Origin: Candidatus Parvarchaeum sp.
Lineage (GTDB): Archaea; Nanobdellota; Nanobdellia; Parvarchaeales; Parvarchaeaceae
DNA: 64,000 bases
Assembly (NCBI GenBank): GCA_049965555.1
Contig: JBMFWF010000001.1
Location: forward strand, 32,001 to 96,000
Reading direction: 5' to 3'
The notes beneath the pieces were generated by a model that ran no database searches, was not told the origin of the DNA, and saw only the letters and a program-made list of their open reading frames with translations. Shown piece after piece: positions 8,830-18,087 of the stretch. The first letter of the stretch is position 1. Every line of letters begins with the position of its first letter. Made by a program: the position numbers and the translations under genes.

Positions 8830-9651
8830 ATGAAGAAAAGAATAACTATAACTATAAATGAAAAGACACTTGAAAAAATAGACAAAACAATTGACGGAAT
8901 AAATATACCAAACAGATCGATAGCAATAGAACGCTTAATAAAAGAGCATTTTGAACCAAATAAAAACAAAATGGCCCTTATATTGGCAGGTGGTTCAGGC
9001 ACTAGGCTAAGGCCACTTACATATGAAATACCCAAGCCAATGATGCCTGTCAATGGCAGGCCCATACTGGAACACATAATAGAGCAGCTTAAAAAAGCTG
9101 AGTTTATAGATATAATAATTTCAATAGGATACCTTGGCAGCAAGATCAAAGAATACTTTGGAGACGGCAGCAAATTCGGTGTGAGGATAAGGTATTCAGA
9201 GGAGACTACCCCGATGGGCACAGGGGGTGCAATAAAAAAGAACCAAAATATCTTTCATGATGATTTCATTGTTCTTAATGGAGATAACCTTTTTGATTTT
9301 GATCTAAACAAGATGTATGATTTCCACAAGAAAGACAAGGCTATGGCAACCATCGCATTGGTCTCGCAGGATGACGTTTCTCAATTTGGTGTGGTTGAAA
9401 TGGAAGGAAACAAAATAGTAAAATTTATAGAAAAGCCGAAAACAGAACAGGTGTCTCACCTAGTAAATGCAGGAATATATGTCATCAATCCAGCGTTTCT
9501 AAATTTCATACCGCAGGGAGAATCAAATATATCAAAAATATTTGAACAAGTGGCTGAAAAAAGGATAATCGATGGGTTTATTTATGCTGGTAAATGGTTG
9601 CCCTGTGATAGCATGGATCTGTATGAGAAAGCAATTAAGAACTGGCCTTAA
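8830..9651 (+). CDS. Ribbon-helix-helix (CopG/NikR-like) domain fused to a sugar-1-phosphate nucleotidyltransferase
   Basis: N-terminal KRITITI...NRSIAIE (RHH-like), then ILAGGSGTRLRPLT...PKP, GTGGA, NGD and EKP. Confidence 0.88.
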   Translation: MKKRITITINEKTLEKIDKTIDGINIPNRSIAIERLIKEHFEPNKNKMALILAGGSGTRLRPLTYEIPKPMMPVNGRPILEHIIEQLKKAEFIDIIISIGYLGSKIKEYFGDGSKFGVRIRYSEETTPMGTGGAIKKNQNIFHDDFIVLNGDNLFDFDLNKMYDFHKKDKAMATIALVSQDDVSQFGVVEMEGNKIVKFIEKPKTEQVSHLVNAGIYVINPAFLNFIPQGESNISKIFEQVAEKRIIDGFIYAGKWLPCDSMDLYEKAIKNWP

Positions 9652-11363
9652 ATCCCTTTTATTTTCCTAATCTCGGATAGTGCTTCCTTATAGTCATCTG
9701 TAAGTTCTGCAGATATGTCATCAAACTTCATTACGTCTGGCATGCTTATGTCAGTATAGAGGATATCACCGTCTATTATGCTCCTACCGTAAACAGCATC
9801 ATCTATGCTTATTGCAACCTTGTCTCCCTTTACTGCTTTGCTAAGCTTCATTTTATCAGATTCTATCTCCAAGATCTTGCCTATTCGTTCACCTTTTGAA
9901 TTTATAACCGGGTAATTAGGCCGTATCTCGCCTGCCAGCACTTCTACCCCAAAAACGCAGGGATTGGAACGGCGGAATATGTTCCCCTTTATAAAAACAA
10001 ATTTAGAAGGAAGTTTTAGTCTTTCCAGCTTTTTCTCAAGGTTCATGTTGTTTAGCTCCTTCTTAAACTCATTGTAGCTATCAAATAGGGTGTAGATAGA
10101 ATTCGCGCTTATGATCTTTACACTGTATTCTTCTGCTATGCTTTCTGTCTGCCTTGAGATGGGAACATTAAAGCACATCACTGCGCCGCCGTTTATACTT
10201 GCAGTCATTATGTCGGTCTTTGATGGTTCCCCTATCTTTGTTTTTCCTACTTCTATTCCAAATGAGTTTGCTATATTTTTAATCGCATCTATGCTTCCAA
10301 GAGAATCTGCACATACTACCAAGCCCTTTGTTTCATCGTTGTTTTGTCCAAAGTTTTCTGCATTTATATCCTCTATTATTTTCTTCTTCTCTTCTTCTGA
10401 TGAAAAGACTATTATCGATGTGCCGATCATTGCATTTGGCTCACGCAGAATAAGCCTTATTGGGGCAGTTGCCTCAATTGAAGAAAGGCTTTCGTACTTG
10501 CCAAAGTTCTCGCGGCTTTCTTCCAAGGGGATAAGACGCATAATACCCTTTATCTTGTTTTCAGCAGGCCCATCCATAGTTTGCACTATTACCGAATCCC
10601 CTACAGATATCTTTCCAGAATAGACAATTGCGTCGTATACCTTCCCTAATCCCTTTATGTTCTTTTCCTCCAGTATTGCTGCACTGTTAGATTCCTGCTT
10701 TTCAAGTTCCAAGTACCTTTGACTTAGACCTATTATCATTACTATGAGATCTTTTATCCCTATTCCATTGACAGATGACAAAGGGATAACTGCCACTTCT
10801 TTTGTAAAATCTTTAACTCTGTCATACCTCTCCGCCTGAAAACCGTAATTTGAAAAGTCAGATACAATGCCGTACACTTTCTCGTCAAGTTTCTGTGCAT
10901 AATCCTGATTCTGTTTTGATATGAAATCAAGGAAGGAGCTGTTCTCCATCTTGTAGAACCCTCTTATCGTATCTATCTTAGTAAGGGCTATCAAAAAAGG
11001 CGTCTTGTATGACTTCAGTATCTCAATTGATTCTATTGTCTGATTTTGTATGCCTTCTGTTATGTCTACTGTCAATATTGCTATATCCGCGATAGATGCT
11101 CCTCTTCTTCTTAATGTGACAAAGGCTTCGTGGCCTGGAGAGTCTATGAATATTATGCTTGGAACCTTTATGCTTATATTGAACTTAGAAAGAAGATCGC
11201 TTGCTATTTCTTTTATCCTATCAGTAGGTACTTCAGTTGAACCTATATTTTGAGTTAGACCGCCGCTTTCTTTATATGCGTTCATTGTATCCCTTATAGC
11301 ATCCATTATACTGGTTTTGCCTGCATCTACATGTCCTAAAAAAGCGCATATTGGTGATCTCAT
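9648..11363 (-). CDS. infB: Translation initiation factor aIF5B (IF-2)
   Basis: RSPI...GHVDAGKT, DSPGHEAF, TKID and FRRSNPCVFGVEV. Confidence 0.95.
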   Translation of the reverse strand: MRSPICAFLGHVDAGKTSIMDAIRDTMNAYKESGGLTQNIGSTEVPTDRIKEIASDLLSKFNISIKVPSIIFIDSPGHEAFVTLRRRGASIADIAILTVDITEGIQNQTIESIEILKSYKTPFLIALTKIDTIRGFYKMENSSFLDFISKQNQDYAQKLDEKVYGIVSDFSNYGFQAERYDRVKDFTKEVAVIPLSSVNGIGIKDLIVMIIGLSQRYLELEKQESNSAAILEEKNIKGLGKVYDAIVYSGKISVGDSVIVQTMDGPAENKIKGIMRLIPLEESRENFGKYESLSSIEATAPIRLILREPNAMIGTSIIVFSSEEEKKKIIEDINAENFGQNNDETKGLVVCADSLGSIDAIKNIANSFGIEVGKTKIGEPSKTDIMTASINGGAVMCFNVPISRQTESIAEEYSVKIISANSIYTLFDSYNEFKKELNNMNLEKKLERLKLPSKFVFIKGNIFRRSNPCVFGVEVLAGEIRPNYPVINSKGERIGKILEIESDKMKLSKAVKGDKVAISIDDAVYGRSIIDGDILYTDISMPDVMKFDDISAELTDDYKEALSEIRKIKGI

Positions 11364-11493
11364 AGCTCAAACCTCTAGATAATGGTATTAAATATGTTGT
11401 TATCACTAATAAAGTTAACTAATTTTATGCTTTCTGTCACTAAACTCAGAAGTGTAATATAAGATATTTATATTATAACCGGTTAATAAAAAA

Positions 11494-12141
11494 ATGGAAG
11501 AGATGCTTATACTGCTTAAACCAGATGGAATGGTAAGAAGATATGCTGGTGCAAGGGCATTGAAAAATATATTAGATCTCGGAGTTGGTATAAAATTTTT
11601 CCAAGTATTAAAACCTAAGAAAGAATTCCTTGCAGACAGACATTATGGTGAACACAAAGGAAAATTCTTCTATAACAATTTGGTAAATTTCATGTCAGCG
11701 ACCGAACTAGCTGTGATAATAGCTAGCGGTGAGAATGTAGTCGATAATGTAAGAAATTTATTGGGAAAAACGATGTGCGAGAAAGCAGATCCATTATCAA
11801 TAAGGGGTAGATACGGAACAACGAAGGGGATTAACTTAGTTCATGCATCTGATAGCAAGGAGAGCGCTGAAAAAGAAGTCAAGCTCTGGAAAGAAATTAT
11901 AAACATTGAAGAGAAGGACTACAAAAAAGAGATGGAGGCCTATATAAAGGCGTATGAAAACTTCCCAATGATAGACTCAGTAAGATACAGAGAGATAAGT
12001 AAGGACTTAAGCGATGGGAAAATTTCAAAAGAAGAGGCTGAAAAAATAATAAACGAACTCTTAACTAAGGAAACTGATTTTGAGCAGGAAACAGTAAACA
12101 AACTTCCCGCTTTGATAACAGAGAACATTCTATTAGGTTGA
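11494..12141 (+). CDS. ndk: Nucleoside diphosphate kinase with a C-terminal extension
   Basis: LLKPDG, HYGEHKGKFF, SIRGRYG and NLVHASDS (catalytic His). Confidence 0.92.
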   Translation: MEEMLILLKPDGMVRRYAGARALKNILDLGVGIKFFQVLKPKKEFLADRHYGEHKGKFFYNNLVNFMSATELAVIIASGENVVDNVRNLLGKTMCEKADPLSIRGRYGTTKGINLVHASDSKESAEKEVKLWKEIINIEEKDYKKEMEAYIKAYENFPMIDSVRYREISKDLSDGKISKEEAEKIINELLTKETDFEQETVNKLPALITENILLG

Positions 12142-12194
12142 TGAATTAAAATTTAAAGTATTAATATAAGTTTATTTCATCTAGCTTTTATATT

Positions 12195-13133
12195 ATGGCG
12201 GATGAAAAAATAGGCAAAGCCGTAATTCTAGCTGCCGGAAATGGCAGTCATCTTCGCCCATTTAGCAACTACATACCAAAGCCTTTTCTTCCTTATGCAG
12301 ACAAACCAATAATATATCACCATATTAAAAATCTGGCAGAAGCAGGCATAAAGGAAATTGTTATAGTAACTAGGAGAGATGAGGATAATAACGGATCCTT
12401 TAAGCTTCAAAATCAATACTTGAAAGACTTGAAAAAAGACCCTGAATTGAAGGGAATAAACTTAGAGATTGTGTATCAAGCAGAGGACCCTGTAACAAAA
12501 AAACCAAGAGGCACCGCTGACGCAATACTGGCTGCAGAAGAACAACTGAAAGGTCAGAACTACATAGTTCTATTAGGCGATTTAATAATAGAAAGCAACA
12601 ACGGAAATAATTACATAAAGGACATAATAAATCATTTCAATGGCAGACCAATGTTTTCTGCTGATAAAGTTAAGAGAGAAGATGCGAAGAAAGGAGGATT
12701 TGTAAGAGGCAAGAAACTTGATAATATACTTCTCGAGATGGATGAAGCAGTAGAAAAGCCAGATGATTACATTTTGGACACGGCAATAAACAATGATGGT
12801 AATTATAATGTAATGTGGGGAGGGACGTATATTTTAAATAAGGACAGCATTAAATACCTAAAAGAAGTTGAGAAAGGAAAAGACAATGAACTGAATATAA
12901 CGGATGCTATATCCCTTCAATGCAAAAAAGAAAATAAGAAAGCATACGGTTTCTTTATAGACGCAAAAACTTACAAATGTAGAGATTTTGGCAGAATAGA
13001 GCACTGGATAGAGAATAACCTTGAAGATAAAAACATAGAAAAATTCAAGGATTCGCTTAAATTTTACACAAAAGAATTCACAGATCTTGTATATAAATAT
13101 GTAAAAGAAAATTACAACTTGGACCTACTTTAA
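12195..13133 (+). CDS. galU: UTP-glucose-1-phosphate uridylyltransferase (GalU-like)
   Basis: KAVILAAGNGSHLRP...PK, PRGTADAI, LLGD, VEKP and ELNITDAI. Confidence 0.78.
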   Translation: MADEKIGKAVILAAGNGSHLRPFSNYIPKPFLPYADKPIIYHHIKNLAEAGIKEIVIVTRRDEDNNGSFKLQNQYLKDLKKDPELKGINLEIVYQAEDPVTKKPRGTADAILAAEEQLKGQNYIVLLGDLIIESNNGNNYIKDIINHFNGRPMFSADKVKREDAKKGGFVRGKKLDNILLEMDEAVEKPDDYILDTAINNDGNYNVMWGGTYILNKDSIKYLKEVEKGKDNELNITDAISLQCKKENKKAYGFFIDAKTYKCRDFGRIEHWIENNLEDKNIEKFKDSLKFYTKEFTDLVYKYVKENYNLDLL

Positions 13134-14105
13134 AGCCCCTCTAAACATCTCGGCGTATTTCTCAGGGAACAATTGATTCGTATTAAAGCCTGCAAATTCT
13201 ACTGCCGCAAATGTGATGACTCTTGGGTATATCTCAACATGAAAATGAAAGTTGCTGTCTGACTTTAGTTCATGGAACAACAAATTGTATGAAAGCTTGC
13301 CAAAAAGAACTTCGTTTGTCTTTACAACCTTTGAAATAAGGTCTACAAAATCAGATTTTTCCTGATCTGATAGAAGACCAACATAGTTTACGTGTCTTTT
13401 CGGCATTATGACTGATTCGGAGCTCATCTTTGATCCAAATGGGGCAAAAGCTATAAAACTTTCATTTTCGGCTAGCAGCCTTTCTTTTTCATATTTAATA
13501 GCATGCTCATATAAGCACTCTTTATTTTTATCGTAAAATTCTCTTATCTTCTCTTGTTCTTCTTTAATTGTTTTTGGGATTTCCTCAAAGGCCATTATCT
13601 GGCTGTGGGCATGGGACAGACTTGCGCCGCTTCTTGGGCCTTCATTTTTGAATGTATACACGTATTTTATCCTATCTCTGGAGTATAATGCCTTTTCCCT
13701 CTCTATTACCGCATCTATCCAACGCAGATAATCCTCTTTCTGTAATTGCGAAAACCTTACATTATGAGTAGGTGTTTCAAATATGACCTCACAGTAGCCA
13801 AAAGCAGGTTCCTCTCTAAGAAAGCCATCCTCTGGAGTAAAATCAAATTTCGGAGAAAGCATTGGAAATTTGTTCTCGATTATCTTCAATTTCCAGGAAT
13901 GTTCATCTCCTCCTACAAGTTCTATCGTCTTGTTAAGACTTTCTTTTCCGTATTCAAAAGGACACCTGGAAACATCTGATTCCCACTTATCTTCCGAGAG
14001 ATTATAAAAATCAGCAGGCTTGTTGTTTCTTACACTGGAGAAAAGGATTTTTGTTCCTGTCCTATAATCAACTCTTATTTCATCTTCTCTAACTGTATTT
14101 TGCAT
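13125..14105 (-). CDS. galT: Galactose-1-phosphate uridylyltransferase (GalT family)
   Basis: CPF, ENKFP, FKNEG..SGASLSHAHSQ (HxHxQ) and HFHVEIYPR. Confidence 0.9.
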   Translation of the reverse strand: MQNTVREDEIRVDYRTGTKILFSSVRNNKPADFYNLSEDKWESDVSRCPFEYGKESLNKTIELVGGDEHSWKLKIIENKFPMLSPKFDFTPEDGFLREEPAFGYCEVIFETPTHNVRFSQLQKEDYLRWIDAVIEREKALYSRDRIKYVYTFKNEGPRSGASLSHAHSQIMAFEEIPKTIKEEQEKIREFYDKNKECLYEHAIKYEKERLLAENESFIAFAPFGSKMSSESVIMPKRHVNYVGLLSDQEKSDFVDLISKVVKTNEVLFGKLSYNLLFHELKSDSNFHFHVEIYPRVITFAAVEFAGFNTNQLFPEKYAEMFRGALK

Positions 14106-14136
14106 AAAATAAGTAGTTGCTAAGAGATTATAAAAT

Positions 14137-15165
14137 TTACATTACTTTAGTCTTACCAACAACCCTCAGAAATCTTATAGGAAGATCCTTGTTTATAAGT
14201 ATCATTTTGTCGTTTTCATCAAAGCAAAAATTCTTATCTGCAATGAAATGAGCATTTAACTTGTTGTTTTCGCGCTTCACGCTGCTTAAGGTCACAACAA
14301 TGTTCTGCCAGTTCAATATTAGATTAAGCTTTACATCGTCTTTTATTTCCTGCTTGTATAATGGGCTTACATCGACAGTTAGCTCCCCTTCCTTGATATC
14401 CTTAAAGCTACCTTTCTTTCTTATTTCAACTCCCCTTGGCAGGTCCCAGGGCCACACTCCTTTTATCGCAACCCCTACTCTATCACCTGCTTCTGCTGAC
14501 TGCACATCTTCTTGGTTTATTTGAATGGAATTTATAGAGATCTCTTTTGTAAAAGGTGTTGGTGCAATAACTCCTTCTGAGTGTATGCCGATCTTTCCAG
14601 TTGGCATAGTCCCGACTGCAATCGACATGCCCTTTGACTCGAAGGCATGGTCTATCAATATTTTAAAAGGCTTCTGGATATTTTCTGGATCATAGGAAAA
14701 ACTTGAGACCTTTGCCCGTATATCAGCCATGCTTTGATCATTATTTATGTCCACTACCATTATCTCAAAGTTTTCCATCGAAGTTCCTTTTATTATGGCT
14801 GACAGCTGCTTCTCTAGCTTTTCTATGTCTGCGGCAGTAGAGATATCTGCCTTTGTTATGCATATTAAGCCTTGTTTTATGCCTATTGAACTTGCCATTA
14901 TTATCTGTTCTCCGACTTGAAGATTCACTCCGTTTTCAGGAGAAACACAGAATATTATCGCATCCGAGAGAGTTAGAACTGAAGCTAATGTAGTAGGGTT
15001 GTCCATGTCTCCAGGGGTATCTATTAAAGTAACATTCTTTCCACCATATTTGAAGAAAAAGAAAGAAACATCTTCCTCTGCGCCTTTCCTTTGCTGCAGC
15101 TTGTTTACAAGAGTTGACTTTCCGGACCTGTACGGACCTATAACACTTACTGTTAACGAATTCAT
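14137..15165 (-). CDS. SelB-like (SelBL) EF-Tu family translational GTPase
   Basis: GPYRSGKST, DTPG, TKAD, IDHAF...G and domain II SIQ...AGDRVGVA; short, with no SECIS-binding tail. Confidence 0.75.
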   Translation of the reverse strand: MNSLTVSVIGPYRSGKSTLVNKLQQRKGAEEDVSFFFFKYGGKNVTLIDTPGDMDNPTTLASVLTLSDAIIFCVSPENGVNLQVGEQIIMASSIGIKQGLICITKADISTAADIEKLEKQLSAIIKGTSMENFEIMVVDINNDQSMADIRAKVSSFSYDPENIQKPFKILIDHAFESKGMSIAVGTMPTGKIGIHSEGVIAPTPFTKEISINSIQINQEDVQSAEAGDRVGVAIKGVWPWDLPRGVEIRKKGSFKDIKEGELTVDVSPLYKQEIKDDVKLNLILNWQNIVVTLSSVKRENNKLNAHFIADKNFCFDENDKMILINKDLPIRFLRVVGKTKVM

Positions 15166-15394
15166 ATCTTTTGTATAAAGAATGGTAAATTTAAATAAGT
15201 TTCTATTATTATTGGATTATGCGATACAAAGTAGGTTATAAATCTGTATTGAGATGAATTCTTATTTTTATAGACATAACTAATTGGAGAGATGTTCTTT
15301 CGCCTCTTTAGTAGAAACGAAGCCAAAATAATTGATATGTCTCAACTCGTACTTATATATAAATTTTTGAGGACCGATAATTAATTTAATTAAA

Positions 15395-17110
15395 TCAACA
15401 AGAGCTTCCTATTGGGCCGTAGCTTATACCACAAGGAGAAACGGGATTAGTGATTATATCTGAAACAACTTGGTTTGTAGCTGTAGATACAACTATAACA
15501 GATCCAGAAGGCTGAGATGTAGAAAGATTATCAATGTAAGCATAATTACCATTTGGAGTTATAGCAATTCCTTCAGAAGTAACAACAGAACCAAGTTTTA
15601 TATTTGCAACTACAGTGTTAGTTGCAGTCGAGATTACTGAAACGTTATAACCTTGACCTGTAACATAAACATATTTGCCATTAGGAGTAATTGCAAGATT
15701 TTTAGAGTTTCCTATTAAGGTAGGGATTCTTGCAACTACAGTGTTAGTTGCAGTCGAGATTACTGAAACATTGTCATTAAGGGATCCTCCTGCATCTGCT
15801 GCATAAACAAACTGCCCATTAGGCGAAACCGCGACACCCCAAGGATCTGATTCAGAAGGAGGTATAATATCAATTACGCTGTTAGTAGCAGTTGAAATTA
15901 CTATTAATCCTCCACCATTATCGCCAATGTAAACATATTTACCATTAGGAGTAATTGCAACTCCTGCCACATATCCATCAGTAGGAAGAGGTATTGTTGC
16001 AACTACAGTGTTAGTTGCAGTCGAGATTACTGAAACATAAGGAGAGCCTGCATCGGCGATGTAAATAAATTTGCCATCGGGAGTAATTGCAAGTCCTAAA
16101 GAAGGGTTATTCAAGTCTATATTATTAAGAACATTATAATTTGAAACAGATACTTCGGTAACATTATTACTAAGCCAGTTAGTAAAATAAGTATCCTGCC
16201 CATTTAAAGTTTCAATTATGCTTCTAGCATATGGGCCAGTATCTAAAAGAACTCCGCCTGTTGAATTTTTAGCAAGAGTATTATTATTGTAATATATCAT
16301 AGATATACCCTTATTAAAATCAGAAACCCAAAGATTCCTGAGAGGGATGAAATCTACTTCTAGATTGTATGATGTTGATATGTTTATTCCTCCTGCATAT
16401 ATTGGGTAATATGTCACTCCGTTGACTGTGACTGGGTAAATCTTCCAGGTGCTGTTGTACTTTGAATTTATGATCATAGAAGCAGAGGTAGATGTGTAGT
16501 TAACCCCACTGTATTGAACTGTCCATTGTGCATTTGCCGGAAGATTATACTCCGTAAAGCTGTTTACTGACGCAGAGGCTGTTCCCGCAACTGTACCGCT
16601 AGTATTTATAACAACCTTGCCTGCTGTTGTTGAATAGCCATACTGGATATTGCCAGAAAAAGAGTACTTTACTCCGCCTGAATTACATGCTACATTGGGT
16701 ATGACTAAAACTGCTGTCTGCCCTGGTGTCAATGTTAATGGATTTGTTAACGTGTAACTTGCTGCTGTTGTGTTTGCCCCTGTCGCTGATGAAAGGAATA
16801 CTTTGGTCAATGTTATCGAATTTGCACCCGAAGGCATCGGACCTGCTATTACTCCCAACTTAAGACCTATTGAATTGCATATCGTTGAAGATATTGTAAA
16901 TGGACTGAAACCGCTGCTTGTGAAAGTTACACTGGAACTTGGGTTGAAGATTCCCATGCTGTATAATATTACGGCTACAATGACTATTATCAGAATTGCC
17001 CAGCCGTAGGTCATCATGTATTCTAGAGCTGACTGAGAACGCCTGCTTTTGCTTAAAAAAGATAATTTAGAGTTATACTCTGGAGATTTGAGAAATATTT
17101 TATAAGACAT
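15395..17110 (-). CDS. Class III signal-peptide (pilin-like) surface protein with a C-terminal YVTN/YncE beta-propeller
   Basis: RRS|QSALEYMMTYGWAILII N-terminus; repeated AITPNGKYVY...VSVISTATNTVVA blades. Confidence 0.85.
   Translation of the reverse strand: MSYKIFLKSPEYNSKLSFLSKSRRSQSALEYMMTYGWAILIIVIVAVILYSMGIFNPSSSVTFTSSGFSPFTISSTICNSIGLKLGVIAGPMPSGANSITLTKVFLSSATGANTTAASYTLTNPLTLTPGQTAVLVIPNVACNSGGVKYSFSGNIQYGYSTTAGKVVINTSGTVAGTASASVNSFTEYNLPANAQWTVQYSGVNYTSTSASMIINSKYNSTWKIYPVTVNGVTYYPIYAGGINISTSYNLEVDFIPLRNLWVSDFNKGISMIYYNNNTLAKNSTGGVLLDTGPYARSIIETLNGQDTYFTNWLSNNVTEVSVSNYNVLNNIDLNNPSLGLAITPDGKFIYIADAGSPYVSVISTATNTVVATIPLPTDGYVAGVAITPNGKYVYIGDNGGGLIVISTATNSVIDIIPPSESDPWGVAVSPNGQFVYAADAGGSLNDNVSVISTATNTVVARIPTLIGNSKNLAITPNGKYVYVTGQGYNVSVISTATNTVVANIKLGSVVTSEGIAITPNGNYAYIDNLSTSQPSGSVIVVSTATNQVVSDIITNPVSPCGISYGPIGSSC
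15604..16036. repeat. Three identical 40-bp in-frame repeats (15604-15643, 15730-15769, 15997-16036) within the YVTN blades
   Basis: TTGCAACTACAGTGTTAGTTGCAGTCGAGATTACTGAAAC read three times; start-to-start distances of 126 and 267 bp, both multiples of 3. Confidence 0.9.
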
Positions 17111-17172
17111 ATAATTTATTAAAAGATAATGGCATATAAATATTTGTTAATTTTTAATTATTACCCAATTTT

Positions 17173-18087
17173 TCATAGTACGAACCTATCAAAATCATCT
17201 GGAAAAGAATATTTAAAACTGCATTTCATTTTTGAGTAGAGGGATGCGGCGCTTTTAGCCATTGAATCATCGTTTTCGTATCGTTGACTCGTATGCACAA
17301 AATAGACTTCCTTGGCGCCAGAACTCTTCGCAAGAAACATTGCCTCTTTTATGTTTAAGTGGAAGAAATCGTATGATTTCTGGAATTCTTCTCCAAAAGT
17401 GCTTTCTATTATCAACGTATCAACTCCTTTTATAAAGGGGATTACTCTGCGGTTATATCTTAAATCAGTAACATATGCTAAGGATTTTCCTTTCTTTAGG
17501 TAAGTAAGCTCCTTGTATTTTAGTTTAATTCCGTTATAAACAATATCCTTTCCTTCCTTAAGCTTGCTTAAAAATTTGCCTGGTTTTATCCCCTTCTCAG
17601 CAAGTTTTTCAACTGAGATATTGCGCACATCCTTTTCCTTTATCTTATAGGCAAGGCATTTAACGGAATGCTCTACATTTATAGCCGAAATAATGTAATT
17701 ATCTCTTTCAATTATTGTCTTTTCATTCGGTGCATTCACTGACTTTGCTTTTATGTCTAACTGATTATAGAATTTATATGTCATTAATATGTTTTTTATG
17801 CCCTTCTCAGTACCACTAGGACCGAATATTTGCAGCTTCTTATCGCTTTTCATCATGTTAAGGCTTTGTATTATGCCGCCTAATCCGAGAGAATGATCTC
17901 CATGCCAATGTGTTATAAAAATATAATCTATAGAGGGGCTTAAACCGGCTTTTCGAATCTGTCTTTGGGTTCCTTCCCCGCAGTCAAATAGCATTCTTTC
18001 TCCGTTAATCATAAGATAAACTGATGGATGGTTTCTCTTTGCTGTAGGGAATGCCGAACTTGTTCCGAGAAATGCGCCTTCAATCAT
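17173..18087 (-). CDS. rnz: Ribonuclease Z
   Basis: FLGTSS.FPT..RN, FDCGEGTQRQ, THWHGDH and exosite region; start moved to MIEGAF at 18087. Confidence 0.93.
   Translation of the reverse strand: MIEGAFLGTSSAFPTAKRNHPSVYLMINGERMLFDCGEGTQRQIRKAGLSPSIDYIFITHWHGDHSLGLGGIIQSLNMMKSDKKLQIFGPSGTEKGIKNILMTYKFYNQLDIKAKSVNAPNEKTIIERDNYIISAINVEHSVKCLAYKIKEKDVRNISVEKLAEKGIKPGKFLSKLKEGKDIVYNGIKLKYKELTYLKKGKSLAYVTDLRYNRRVIPFIKGVDTLIIESTFGEEFQKSYDFFHLNIKEAMFLAKSSGAKEVYFVHTSQRYENDDSMAKSAASLYSKMKCSFKYSFPDDFDRFVL

Noticed and set aside
14137-15165. SelB as evidence of selenocysteine recoding
   Set aside because: The protein lacks the C-terminal extension; no tRNA-Sec, selD or in-frame TGA selenoprotein candidate is seen in the window.
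15166-15394. 229-bp intergenic gap as a possible ncRNA or small gene
   Set aside because: Only very short ORFs and no GC-rich stem or C/D-box pair that I could identify; it may be a decayed remnant, but nothing is supportable.
15604-16036. Three identical 40-bp repeats as a possible CRISPR array
   Set aside because: Spacing is irregular and too long (126 and 267 bp), the copies are in frame within a beta-propeller CDS, and no cas genes or leader are present.
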